A stretch of DNA of 63,554 bases, counting the filler, from Saprolegnia diclina VS20 (Eukaryota): NCBI RefSeq assembly GCF_000281045.1. It is 10 parts of 3 records of this genome, joined end to end, with 100 filler letters (N's around TTAATTAATTAA, not from the genome) between each part and the next. Parts side by side here need not be neighbours in the genome. Positions count along the whole stretch, not along the records: positions 26,841 to 41,254 come from NW_008246069.1; positions 41,355 to 47,784 come from NW_008246070.1; 8 more parts are not named here. The stretch is one strand, 5' to 3'. The notes below the pieces were generated by a model. That model searched no databases. It had not been told where the DNA came from and was given only the letters and a program-made list of their open reading frames with translations. The translations under genes and the position numbers were made by a program. The number at the start of each line of letters is the position of its first letter. The first letter of the stretch is position 1. Positions 33,719 through 45,854 of the stretch are shown here, one piece after another.

Positions 33719-35291
33719 ACGAGGTGGGCAGCGACGCAGTAGAGCGAACGGTCGTCGCGGAGCAAAGGCAGCGCGCTTGGCGACGCGTGGGCCAGCATCA
33801 GCGCCACGTTGTGCTGCTGGCACAGCGGCGCCACTTGCAGCAGCACGGCGCGGTCCCACTGCGTCACAAATCGAACGCTCGCCATCAACGCCGCATCAAG
33901 GCGCAAGGCTTGCGCAAGTACATCTAGCGAGACGTCGACCAGCCCCAGAAAGGCCGAGCTCGCTGCTTGCAAGCGCGCAAGCGCGGCCAAGAGCTCCGTG
34001 GCAGACATGGCCTCGCCCACTTGCAGGTTGACCAAGCACGGTGCTGGATCTAGCATCGTGCCAAGCGCTGCGATCTCGTGCACCGTAATTTCTACTCGAA
34101 TATGAGCCATCAACAAGCAGCACAATAGCGTACCGAGGACGTGATGCGCGTTGGCATCTTCGGGGAGATTTGCGAGGTCCGCCGGGCGACAGATGCGGAG
34201 GTACGGCTGCGACGCTGGGATGGGCACCGCTGTAGTCGTGCGACGTCCAAGCATGGGCCATTCTATTTGCACCAAACCGGAGGTCGAGCGACAAGCTTTG
34301 ACGTATTTGTACCGGTCTCGCCGACCTTGCCGACAAGCCGCGTGACGTGGCTTGACCCTGCAGCCACATGTCGGAGCGCATGCAGCAAATTGAGCGTCTC
34401 GACGAGCGGCAGTCCATCGACAAACGTGTCTTGGCAGGCGAGGATGCCGTCCCGTGCGCCAGCAGCCATCATGGCGTTGGCCACTGCAACGACGGCGTGT
34501 GTCGGGACCAAGACCCCCACGTCGCCCTCATAGGCGGCAAGACCCGCGCAGAGAGCGTACGCGCCCCAGTCGGAGATGCACGCGACAAGCAAGTGGTCGC
34601 AGTCTTGCTTGGTCGCGATCGTGGCGCCGTTGCGCACCTTGGCTTTGGTCGTCGCTGCGACGTTGCCCATGCCAAGCTCGTTGCCGCCGTCGCCGATCGC
34701 GATCGTCGGTACGCCATGCGCTCGCGCGTGCGCAAAGCACTCGTCCAAGGGAGCAACAATCGCCGTCATGTCGCGGGCGCGCATCGTGTAGTAGTGGCCT
34801 ACGTCAAGCGACGTCATCGTACCAGTCAATCAGTCCGGCGCACCATCGTCGGCGGCCCCCGCGCGCTCGATGGCGACGAAGGCTGCAATACTGGGGTAGA
34901 GCGCCGCCAGCGCTGCTCGCGTCTCGGCCGTCCAGAGATGGCCTGGCGGAAAGGCGTGTAATTGGATGTCAAGCTCGGGCACGGCCGCCATGCACGCTCG
35001 GAGGACTGGCGCATTGACGTCGTCCGTGAGGATGTGCACCACGTGCCGGTTTAGCACGTACAGCGCATGGGCGAGAGCCAACGTCCCGCCAAGGCCGTCC
35101 GTCTCGGTGGGCGGGTCGTAGTCGAGGAGGCACGGAAAGCCCGTGAGGATCGCGACGTGCGAGGCCGGCGGAAGGCGGGCGAGGACCTCAACGGCGTTGG
35201 CAAAGGCGGCGCGGTCCCGTGGACCATCTAGGAGGTGGACCATGCCCCGGCCGCCAATGTCATGCTGGACGAGGGCCAAGATCGCGTCCAT
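33715..35291 (-). CDS. D-glutamate cyclase C-terminal-like (DUF4392) protein with an extra C-terminal region (3 exons)
   Basis: ILTGFP..ETDG..G; IERAG..DG|HYYTMRARDM; IAIGDGGNELGMG; DHLLVACISDWGAYAL. GT-AG introns at ~34798-34842 and ~34263-34312 join the ORFs in frame. Confidence 0.78.
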
Positions 35292-35967
35292 GTCGCTGGC
35301 AAGTCCAAAATTATGACTAAAGCGGGTTTCGACTAAACGGGGTTCGACTAAATATGTTGGCTTGTCCCAGCGTCGCCGTTAAAAACACACACTCTGGGTC
35401 CAGCTCTGGGTCTGGCGCTCTTGGATATTTTGTCGTATTATGCAAGACCGGCGTCTCGCAGAAGCGGCTTCTCGAACCACGTGGAGACATCGCGAGGCAG
35501 CAAGTACGTGGCGCGCCGTCGTGCAGCGAACTCGATATCCGCACGCAATAGGAGTCGTTCGCACTGTAGTTAGTAGAACGCCCGTCTTCAACCGCCGGTT
35601 GGCCTTGGCCAGGCATGACGCTGGTGCTGGTGCTTGGTTCCAACCAAGCACCATTCCGGAGATGATGTGCGTCAAGGAGATGATGGCAGCTGACCAAAGT
35701 GACTAAAGTTGAAGTCAGTCGCACCCGTGTTTCTTGGCGCATGAGCCTGCAACATGATGCTACCTCCATCAAATTGTGCTGAGATGCTTCGGCGTTCAGC
35801 ACTGTCGCGCGACCTACTAGTAGTAGTATGTGTCATGGGACCACCAAGTACGCTAGTGCACGCAAGCCTTGCATTCGACGCAATCGCGGAACCAGCGGCG
35901 CCTCGCACCGTTGGGCTTATGCTTGGTCGAACAGCGGACGTGGCGTTCGTGGCGCTTCTGGGTTGTC

Positions 35968-36062
35968 TTTAGTCGGTCGTTTAGTCGATTTGTAATTGTG
36001 TTGAAACGGCGCCGTGGCGCATTTTAGCCAATCCCAACACGGCTGCGAAATTTATAGTATCT
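35968..36062. repeat. 95-bp direct repeat (formin upstream region), second copy at 37068-37162
   Basis: tttagtcggtcgtttagtcgattt...tttatagtatct present twice with a few substitutions. Confidence 0.93.
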
Positions 36063-37313
36063 NNNNNNNNNNNNNNNNNNNNNNNNNNNNNNNNNNNNNN
36101 NNNNNNNNNNNNNNNNNNNNNNNNNNNNNNNNNNNNNNNNNNNNNNNNNNNNNNNNNNNNNNTATGCGAACTGACGCGTCAATGACGAGGCCCCAACGAA
36201 GACAGGATTCCGCCCAATCGCACGCGTCCTGTCGTGGTTCGCAGCCAATGAACGCACGGCCACCCGTGACAGTGATACACCGAAACAAGCCCCAATCGGC
36301 AAGATACGGTCGGTGCATTAGCGCTTAACCCTTCAACGCCCAATTTTTGCTGCGTCCAGTATGCATGCGCTTCCTAGGCATCGCCCATGACTCGTTGGTC
36401 CAATGCAACTCGTTAGATTGATCGCGCCTACCTGGCGGCCATTCGTTGGGAACAACCGGCCCCGTGCTTCCGCTGCTTCCGGCAGAGACCGCAGGTGTTC
36501 TTGCTTGTGGACATGACGCGCCTCGAGAGCGGCCTTCAGCAAACCTGAAGAAGCCTCGTCGGCCGTCGACGAGCTCAGCGAGAGTGCCGTCATCAAGAAG
36601 CGCGAGCTTGGCGCCGCGCAAGTGTCAGCCGACGTGGTCGTGGACCAGATCGAGCGCGCGTTGACGACGGTGAGCCGCGAGCCTGTGCTTCTCGATCGAC
36701 CGGCGGCCCCAGCTTGCATGATGCCGTTTGAGTGTTCTACAAACAAGCAAGCGTTCTACAAACGAGTAATCGCAGCTCAGCACTCGCAGAGCAATCGCGG
36801 CGATGCATTTTGACCAATAAGATTGCACGAAACTCCGTAAAGCACGGAATTTTAGCCAATTAGAATGAAGAAGACTTCGCGCAATAGCGCATTAAAATAT
36901 CTTGAATAATGTATACAATGTCGCATGCCGTGGAAGTGGACCTGCGCGGGCCGCCGGACGAAAAGCCGGTCGCGTAATAAATGAATTCCCACATTCTTCT
37001 CCCTCTTTTTTGCATGCGCTGCGCGAAGTATTTTTACTCGCCCCATGTTGTTCGCACAAAGCCTGCTTTTAGTCGGTCGTTTAGTCGATTTGGAATTGTG
37101 TTGAAACGGCGCCGTGGCACATTTTAGCCAATCCCGGCACGGCGGCGAAATTTATAGTATCTCATCTATTTTAATGCAGCGTTTGTATGGAATCGTCTTG
37201 GAGATTGAGAAAAAATACGTGGGCTTTTATTGTTGAACCCGGAGATGGATCCCGGAGGTTCCCACTCACATCTTCTTCGGCGTGTGACATCAAGCCGAGG
37301 AGGACTACGGTAC

Positions 37314-40300
37314 ATGACGACGGTGCTGTACGAAGTCTACGAGAAGAAGCGCCGCAACGTCCACGGCTGGAGCAGCGAGCTCCTCGCGGGCGAAGGAACC
37401 AACTTCTCTGAAGCTGCCGACGGCAAGGGCGCGCTCGGGAAGGCCATCGTCTCGCTCGAAACGGCGCGGCCACCGACGGGCTACCGCTTCGCCACAGACG
37501 GGCCCGGCTGGAACGTCGGCGAGTGGAGCTACGGCAAGAGCTTCAAGCACATTGGGCTGCGCTCGCGCGCCGAGCAGCCCCTCGACACGTGCCGATGGCG
37601 GAAACATAGCCATGCACTCGAAAGCCTCACGACGCTCGAGTTTGGGCGCGAGCCGACGTGCAGCGGCTGCGAGAAGACATTCAACCTAATGCGCCGGCGA
37701 CACCACTGCCGCGGCTGCCACGTCGCTGTCTGCAAAGAGTGCTCGCGCAAGGCCAGCGACCGCAGCAACCCGTCGATGACCCGCCCGCAGTGGTTCTGCC
37801 TCCCGTGCCTGGCGACCAACCCGATGCTCGAGGCGGCGCAGAGCGGCGCGCGCGGGACGCTCATGCGCCGGCAGTCGCAGGCCATCCCGATCCCGCGCCT
37901 CGAAGCCATGGCCAGCATCAAGAGCATGAAGTTTTGCATCGAGTGCGGGTACGAGCTGCCACCGCACGTCAAATTCTGCATCGACTGCGGCGCAGGCCAG
38001 CACGCTCAGAGCCGACCGTCTCGCGAGAGCAGCGCAGACGAGCTGCGGGGTATCTTTGTCACGCCGCCCGCCGAGCCCTCGCCGCCCGCCAAGATCGAGC
38101 CCGTCGATGTCTCACCGACAGCGTCGGCCGTCGAGTCGGTGCCCGAGTCCGAGCCAGCGCCTGCCGAGCCCGAGACGCCGACGCCCGAAACCACGACGCC
38201 CGACTCGTCCGATGCGGCGCCTGTCGCGGACGCGCTCCAAACCGAGAACGAGCACTTGCGCGAGATGGTCGAGAAGCTCCAGCGCAAGTTGGCGCGCACC
38301 GAGGCCAAAGCGATCGCGCAGGTTGAGTCCCAGGCGCAGACTATCGCGACGCTCGAGCACAAGCTGCAAGCTGCTGCGACCGCACCTGCCTCTGCTTCGG
38401 CGCCCGCTGCCGTTGCGGCGGGTGGTGGCACCCTTGTCAAGGACCACCCTGACTACGCCAAGTTCTTCAAGCTTCTCTCGATGGGGCTGCCTGCGGAGCA
38501 GGTCAAGATGAAAATGCAGCAAGCCGGCGCCGACCCCAACTTGCTCGACACGCCCGATGCACTCATCAGCGAACCGCCTGCCACCGCAGCCGCTGGCGCC
38601 GTCACGGTCAAGGACGACCAGCGCTACGCCAAGTTTTTCAAGCTCGCGAAAATGGGTATGCCCGCCGAGCAGATCAAGTTAAAGATGGGGGCCGAGGGGC
38701 TCAACCCCGACCTCTTCGACACACCGGACGCGGTCCTTGGCGACGGCACCGCCGGTACGACATCATCCACGTATCCAAGCCGCTCATATATGTCTAGTCA
38801 ATTCGCCGCCGGCGCCGGCGACGGACGACCCGGTCGTCGGCAAGTATTTAAAGCTGCTCAAGATGGGCATGCCGCTCGAGCAAGTGCAACTCAAGATGCA
38901 AGCGAGTGGCGTCGACCCAGCGCTGCTCAAAGGCGCGACCACGATGGCGCCGTCTGCTGCACCAGTGATGCCGTCGGCCCCCAAGCTCGGGGACCTCCAA
39001 AACATGCTCGCCAAACGCCCCAGCGTCAAGAAACCCGGTACCTATCAATGTATCAAGATGGAAACCACAAGTTTGTTGGTAGAGGAGCCGCCGGCGCTGC
39101 CCAAGAAGGAAAGCAAGAAGCCGGGTACCGAGATGCGGTCGCTCTTCTGGACGCGCATCCCTGTCAACGTCGTCAAGAGCACTGTCTGGAACAAGCTCTC
39201 GGACGACGCTGTGCCACTCGACCCGTTCGATATGGAGCTCTTTTTCCGGAAAAACCCGACCAACGGTACGAAATTCCGGCTCACGTTCATGCGCCGACGC
39301 CGCACACTAGATGGCAAGAAGGACGAGGACAATTTCAAAAAGAAAAAGGAGTCGTCGACGGTGCTGCTCCTCGACTCGAAGACACAGCAGAACGTCGGCA
39401 TTGCGATCGCGCGCTACAAGCTGACGCCATCGGAAGTGAAAGCGGCGCTCTTGGCGCTCAACACGAGTGTCTTGACGAGCGACCACGTGACGTCGCTCAT
39501 TACGCTGGCGCCGACGCTCGAAGAGCAGGACATTTTGAAAAACTACGACGGACCGCTCGAGGTCCTCGGCGCCGTCGAAAAGTTCTTTCTCGAAATGCTC
39601 ACGATCCCGCGCTACACGCAGCGCATCAAGTGCTTCAAGTTTTACATGCAGTTTGAACACCGCGTGCTCGACATCCAAGCGCAGATCGACACGCTGAGCG
39701 CCGCGACGGACCAAGTCGCCGACTCGACGCGCCTCACCAAGATCCTCGAGACGGTCCGGTTGAATCAAAATTGAGGTTGTAGCTCATGCGCGATATTATA
39801 CTAGGTGCTCGCGATCGGCAATTATATGAACGGCGGCACGGCGCGCGGCGGCGCCTACGGCTTCAAGCTCGAAGCGCTCGGGAAGCTCCATACGATCCGG
39901 TCGGTGGACCCGAAAGTGACGCTGGTACGTTCGTTCTTGGTATATCAGAGGCCGAATGGGCGTGTGCAGATGAACTTTTTGGCCCGCCACTTGGAGGCGA
40001 CGCAGCCAGATCTTATTGCGTTTGCAGGCGAAGTGCCGCACATTGTGGAAGCCAAGCGCATGTCGCTCGACCAAGTCAAGGCCGACATTACCGGCTGCAC
40101 GTCGGAGCTTGCGATGCTCCAGGGCCAGGTTGTCATATGTACCCATATATTTTCTAATTTATTCGAATCCTTAGGTCCAAGCGTCCAAGGCGAATACGGA
40201 CCCGGCCGACAAGTTTTACGAAATCATGGCGCCGTTCGTCAAGGAGGCGGCCGAGATTGTCGATGAGATGAGCCGCGACTTTCAGGCGCTCGAAGGTGCC

Positions 40301-41254
40301 TTCTCGGAGCTCGTGGCGTCGTTTGGCGAAGACCCGCGCAAGTTTGGCGCCATGGAGTTCTTCAGCGTCCTCGACGACTTTCGCACCGAGCTCAAGGTAT
40401 ACTAAATGAACGAGAAACGCATATGACAGCTTTGTGTACAGAAAGCGTACCGGCAAAACCAAAGCAAAGAGTACGGTACGATCTGGGACCACGCGCAAAA
40501 AGCCAAGGAGGACGCCCGTCTCGGTACCGACATTTCATCGTCGTCCAATAGGGCTCACACGATGCATCTGTGTAGCGCAACTCGAGAAGGAGCGCGTCGA
40601 GAAGTTCTCGGCCGAAGAGGCCAAGGCGCTGTACGGCCAAGTGCTCTCGACGCTCATGCACGCGTGCACGGAGCGGCACGTCGAGACGGCGGCCGCCATC
40701 GACATGTTTAAGAGCCATAGCCGCAAGTACGGCAACGGCGAGATCGACGCCGCGGCTTTCTGCGACGGCATTCTCAACGCGTTTGGGCCCAAGTTCGCGC
40801 TCACCGTCGTCCCGTCGTGCGCCAAGCTGCTGAGCGACACAACGAAGCGCCAAGCGCTGCTCCAGGCCTACGACGCGCAGCACGGAGGCTGGGAAAACGC
40901 GCTGCCGCTCTTTGAGAGTGCTGCGCCGCCGGTCGCGCCAACAACGGCTGCGGAGGCCGGCCCGAGCCGCAAGAAGGCGGCGCCCATGCTCGTGATTCAA
41001 GACATCCAGCCCGTCGTCGGCGAAGAGGCGCGGCAGCTGCACCGGTCGATCCTCGAAGCGGTGCACGCCGTCTTTGGCGGCGACCCTCAGCAAGTCAAGC
41101 TCTTTACGTCCAAAGCGCGCAAGTTTGGCAACCAGCAGCTCTCGGCGCGCGAGTTTTACGCGTATTTGATTGCGACGTTTGAAGGCGACTTTGTTGCGCG
41201 CCTCGTGCCGGACCTCGCGCGCCTTCTCGAAGACGCCGAGAAGCGCCACGCGCT
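37314..41254 (+). CDS. Multidomain formin: DysF-like, FYVE, zinc ribbon, coiled coil, 3x WASH3/CCDC53-like motif, FH2, 2x helical repeat (3' end in gap)
   Basis: FYVE CSGCEKTFNLMRRRHHCRGCHVAVCKECS..FCLPC; FCIECG..KFCIDCG; KDHPDYAKFFKLLSMGLP repeats; FH2 MRSLFWTRI, LLDSKTQQNVGIAI, VLAIGNYMNGGTARGGAYGFKLEALGKL. Confidence 0.88.
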
Positions 41255-41353
41255 NNNNNNNNNNNNNNNNNNNNNNNNNNNNNNNNNNNNNNNNNNNNTT
41301 AATTAATTAANNNNNNNNNNNNNNNNNNNNNNNNNNNNNNNNNNNNNNNNNNN

Positions 41354-42069
41354 NCGCGCTGCTCGGGCCCGTCCAAGTCGCGTCGATCGTCGGCATCATG
41401 ACTGGGACGCTGATTCAGATCTGGTTCATGCCTCGCGTGGTGACGCAGACACGGCTGCTACTTGTGTTCAGTGTCATCAACTGGATTCTGGTCTTTTCGC
41501 TCGAAGCGTTTGTGTTTCCGTACCAGAGTAAGAACCTGCCGACTTCGTGCGCACTGCCCACGTCGACGAGCTGCTTCACCTACAGTGCGACCGGCCGCAC
41601 GTACTACCTATCGGCCATTCTCTCGGGCGTCGTTGTCGGTGTCGGTATCTTAGCCATTTGGCTCCACGGACGCTTCTTGCCGGATGACATTCGAGTCTCA
41701 AAGTCGCACTCGCTGCTACAGTACCTCAACATACCGCATCTTCGGATGCTCGCGACGTCGCTTCGCGGCTGCTGCATCCCGCACAACGACGACGTCCTCG
41801 TCGACGACGGTCTCTTGATCATGAAGAATGTGCTGCGCATCTCGGCAACGTGCATGACGCGACTCAACAACGTGCAGTACGAAATTATCTACCGGTACCT
41901 GCCGCGGCCCGTCAAGCCTCTTTTCAGCAAAGAAGTCGGCACCTTCCTCGTTTTCCACTTTGACAAAGAGACGGGGCGCATCACCCACCGCTCCAGCTAC
42001 AAATGGCTCACAGACGTTGGCATTGACGACAGCTCCATGACGCATTGGCGTGCGGGCTTTCATTATTGA
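41354..42069 (+). CDS. 3' part of a multi-pass membrane protein (family 1, paralog 1)
   Basis: LLGPVQVASIVGIMTGTLIQIWF.P.VVTQT, C.L.TSTSC and VDDGLLIMKN shared with 43340-45298 and 45855-47764. Confidence 0.75.
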
Positions 42070-43339
42070 TGAACGAGAGATTATCATCTCCTTTGCCGCA
42101 ACCCGTGACTTGACGGCTCAGCATTCAGCGCACTGCACTACATTCGAATCTTCGCATCGCAGCTGACGCCGACACTGAGGCCTGCAACGTGAACCCAAAC
42201 GAGCGGTGTATTCTCACCACTGCGATCGCACAGAAGTACCAAAATACAGCATAAACTCGTCGATGGGAATTACGCCCTGTGGCACTGAACCGCCCAATCC
42301 CCCAACGCAACGTCAACACAAGTGTGAGAATGCGGCGACACAAACGTCAGCAGGATCGAAGTACAGACGTGATGTAGGAGTCGAGATTGTTACTGACGAC
42401 GACAAGGAGACTGAGAAGTAGCGTGCGGATATCCCAGACATCTGGCCGGCCCGGTGATACTTGGGCGCACAGGGCCAAGCTAAGGAGAACCTATTGTGGC
42501 TCGCCGAACGCTGGGGTGGTCCTACCACCTCGTTGACATTATCTCGATCAGGTGCACCGAGCTGTCCGTTGGAGCAAAACTACGAATCAACGGACGTCCC
42601 TTTCTTCCAGACCGCAACAACCAGGATCCAAGATCCAGCGCCAAGAGCTCGTGCACTTCACGTCCAACGCAGCAAATCATTTGAACCAAGCCGCTAGGTC
42701 CGCGCTCCAAGGAGCTACTTCGGCATCGGTGTTCGTCCCTGCGGCGAAAACGCAAGTGCTGAAGGTTCATGTGGGGAGGGTGCCGCCCCAGAAGGGACTG
42801 GTGGAGGGTTAAAAGCGTAGAGTAGCTAAAAGGCTCGGGGCTCAACGCACAAATTGCAAATGAGCTTGCTGGCGTATATAGTGATTACGCCTTGTAGAAA
42901 TAGGCGAGCTGCCTGCGCCGCCATATTGGGTAAAATGGCGGTCCGGCGAAGCGGCTCAGATGGCGCACTTGTTTGGCCTCGGCATAAACACAGCTCCATG
43001 AGTGCCGCACAAAACTACCCCTTTGGGTTCCGCATGAGAGAGTCAGGTATCTTTCTTTAAATTGGTATCCCTCGACAAAAGGAGCCTCTCGCTAAGTTGG
43101 TACGTATCGGAGGAGACAAAGGATTTTGGCCTCCAGCCGCGTCAGTTATGGCCATTCAAACGCCTTCGACAACTTTTTCCCGGTCGTTTCCACGTCACTT
43201 CTATTCCCAGCAGCACAAAATCGGCAATACAAAAAGGATCCCAAACAGTGTGCGTTCATTGGCTCAACCGAGTCCGCCATGTTGAGCGCTGACAACAAAA
43301 TGCGTCCAAACCTAAATATCAGTCAGCCATTTGCCTCGC

Positions 43340-45298
43340 ATGAGCGACACCAAGAAAGACAGCGGGGTGGTCACACCCACTGACGTGGTTCCCGAGTCCA
43401 AGCCCGAGTCCAAGCCCGAGTCCCGGGTCGAGTCCAAGACGCAGTCCAAGGCGTCCATGTCGAGCATGAAGATGATTGAAACCATTCAAGCCAAAGCGCC
43501 GTTCGGACAAGGCATGATACTTGCTGTNNNNNNNNNNNNNNNNNNNNNNNNNNNNNNNNNNNNNNNNNNNNNNNNNNNNNNNNNNNNNNNNNNNNNNNNN
43601 NNNNNNNNNNNNNNNNNNNNNNNNNNNNNNNNNNNNNNNNNNNNNNNNNNNNNNNNNNNNNNNNNNNNNNNNNNNNNNNNNNNNNNNNNNNNNNNNNNNN
43701 NNNNNNNNNNNNNNNNNNNNNNNNNNNNNNNNNNNNNNNNNNNNNNNNNNNNNNNNNNNNNNNNNNNNNNNNNNNNNNNNNNNNNNNNNNNNNNNNNNNN
43801 NNNNNNNNNNNNNNNNNNNNNNNNNNNNNNNNNNNNNNNNNNNNNNNNNNNNNNNNNNNNNNNNNNNNNNNNNNNNNNNNNNNNNNNNNNNNNNNNNNNN
43901 NNNNNNNNNNNNNNNNNNNNNNNNNNNNNNNNNNNNNNNNNNNNNNNNNNNNNNNNNNNNNNNNNNNNNNNNNNNNNNNNNNNNNNNNNNNNNNNNNNNN
44001 NNNNNNNNNNNNNNNNNNNNNNNNNNNNNNNNNNNNNNNNNNNNNNNNNNNNNNNNNNNNNNNNNNNNNNNNNNNNNNNNNNNNNNNNNNNNNNNNNNNN
44101 NNNNNNNNNNNNNNNNNNNNNNNNNNNNNNNNNNNNNNNNNNNNNNNNNNNNNNNNNNNNNNNNNNNNNNNNNNNNNNNNNNNNNNNNNNNNNNNNNNNN
44201 NNNNNNNNNNNNNNNNNNNNNNNNNNNNNNNNNNNNNNNNNNNNNNNNNNNNNNNNNNNNNNNNNNNNNNNNNNNNNNNNNNNNNNNNNNNNNNNNNNNN
44301 NNNNNNNNNNNNNNNNNNNNNNNNNNNNNNNNNNNNNNNNNNNNNNNNNNNNNNNNNNNNNNNNNNNNNNNNNNNNNNNNNNNNNNNNNNNNNNNNNNNN
44401 NNNNNNNNNNNNNNNNNNNNNNNNNNNNNNNNNNNNNNNNNNNNNNNNNNNNNNNNNNNNNNNNNNNNNNNNNNNNNNNNNNNNNNNNNNNNNNNNNNNN
44501 NNNNNNTTTGTGGCGTTCTACGGCAACGCCAACCTCCAAACGCTCAGCACATTTTTGGTCCAAAACCCAGTTGGCAACTTCCCGTCGCGCTTTTACTCGC
44601 TGCTCGGGCCCGTCCAAGTCGCGTCGATCGTCGGCATCATGACGGGCACGCTCATTCAGATCTGGTTCAACCCGCTCGTCGTCACCCAGACGTGGCTGGT
44701 CATGCTCTTTAGCATCATCAACTGGATTGTGGTGTTTGTGCTCGAGGGATTCGTATTCCCGTACCAGAATGCGAACGTTCCAGCGCGCTGTGGTCTCGCC
44801 ACATCCACGAGCTGCTTTGTCTACAGCGAGGTGTCCCGCACCTACTTTCTCTCAGCCGTCATTTCCGGCGCGATCATCATTGTGGCCGTCATTATCATTT
44901 ATGTCCACGCCAAGAAGGTGCCGAGCGCAGTGACGATTCCGTCTTCGCACTCGGCGCTCGTGTACCTTAACGTGCCCGACTTTAGCTCGATTGCGACGAC
45001 GATGCGAAGCTGCGCGATTGTCAACGGCGACGGGTCCGTCGGGATCGACGAAGGCATCTTGCTCATCAAGAACATGCTGCACGTCTCGGACACGGTCATG
45101 ACGCGCAGCTCCAACGTGCAGTACGAGCTCATCTTTCGGTTCACACCGCCGTGCTTTCGCCGCTTGTTTAGCGAGGCCGTCGGTTCGATCCTCATTTACG
45201 AAGTCCGTGACGGCAAGATCACGCGCCACTTTCAGCACTTGTACCTGCATGAAATGGACATTGGCCGCATGGACGGCATGACCGGGTACCTCACGTAG
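43340..45298 (+). CDS. Multi-pass membrane protein (family 1, paralog 2; middle in gap)
   Basis: FYGNANLQTLSTF, SIVGIMTGTLIQIWFNP, IDEGILLIKN; N-terminal ESKP repeats. Confidence 0.75.
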   Translation: MSDTKKDSGVVTPTDVVPESKPESKPESRVESKTQSKASMSSMKMIETIQAKAPFGQGMILAXXXXXXXXXXXXXXXXXXXXXXXXXXXXXXXXXXXXXXXXXXXXXXXXXXXXXXXXXXXXXXXXXXXXXXXXXXXXXXXXXXXXXXXXXXXXXXXXXXXXXXXXXXXXXXXXXXXXXXXXXXXXXXXXXXXXXXXXXXXXXXXXXXXXXXXXXXXXXXXXXXXXXXXXXXXXXXXXXXXXXXXXXXXXXXXXXXXXXXXXXXXXXXXXXXXXXXXXXXXXXXXXXXXXXXXXXXXXXXXXXXXXXXXXXXXXXXXXXXXXXXXXXXXXXXXXXXXXXXXXXXXXXXXXXXXXXXXXXXXXXXXXXXXXXXXXXXXXXXXXXXXXXXXFVAFYGNANLQTLSTFLVQNPVGNFPSRFYSLLGPVQVASIVGIMTGTLIQIWFNPLVVTQTWLVMLFSIINWIVVFVLEGFVFPYQNANVPARCGLATSTSCFVYSEVSRTYFLSAVISGAIIIVAVIIIYVHAKKVPSAVTIPSSHSALVYLNVPDFSSIATTMRSCAIVNGDGSVGIDEGILLIKNMLHVSDTVMTRSSNVQYELIFRFTPPCFRRLFSEAVGSILIYEVRDGKITRHFQHLYLHEMDIGRMDGMTGYLT

Positions 45299-45854
45299 CT
45301 CGTCTTTCTATACTATTAACCCAATACACATTTATAACTGCATAACTCACGACTCGACACTCTATGATGTGTCGGCAGGGACGTTAAGTCGGTGGTGTAT
45401 GAAATGGTGGCCTAGTAGGAACCCTGTTTTCTGATGAAGTGGATACCAAGCTTCACACTCGTGACCAACACCTTGATCGACAGCACGCAAGGGGCGGGCA
45501 CAAAATACCGTATTCCAGTTGGATGCAGACGTCAAGTTGTACTAACACTGCGTTGGTGCCATGTATAAAGAAGTCGGAGCTCCGTGTGGATGATACCCCA
45601 CGGACACGCCGGGCAACTCAAGGAGCACGGGGTAAATAAAATGCACTAGTGTACCCAACGACCAAGTGCTGGAGCCAACTCCCACGCATTCAGGCGTAGC
45701 GCTACGTATGCGAAGTCTTTGTGTCATAATGAAGATAACGCGGAACACGTTCATATATATATAGTGTACTCTTCCCGTGTCCTCGCCATATAACAGTAAT
45801 ACGGGCACCAGTAACAAGTAAAGCATCGAGAATTATCGATCGATGCCGCAAGGT

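Noticed and set aside
42801..42812. gagggttaa as the partner end of the piggyBac-like TTAACCCT at 36325
   Set aside because: Only ~8 bp match, on a different contig beyond a linker and past the formin gene.
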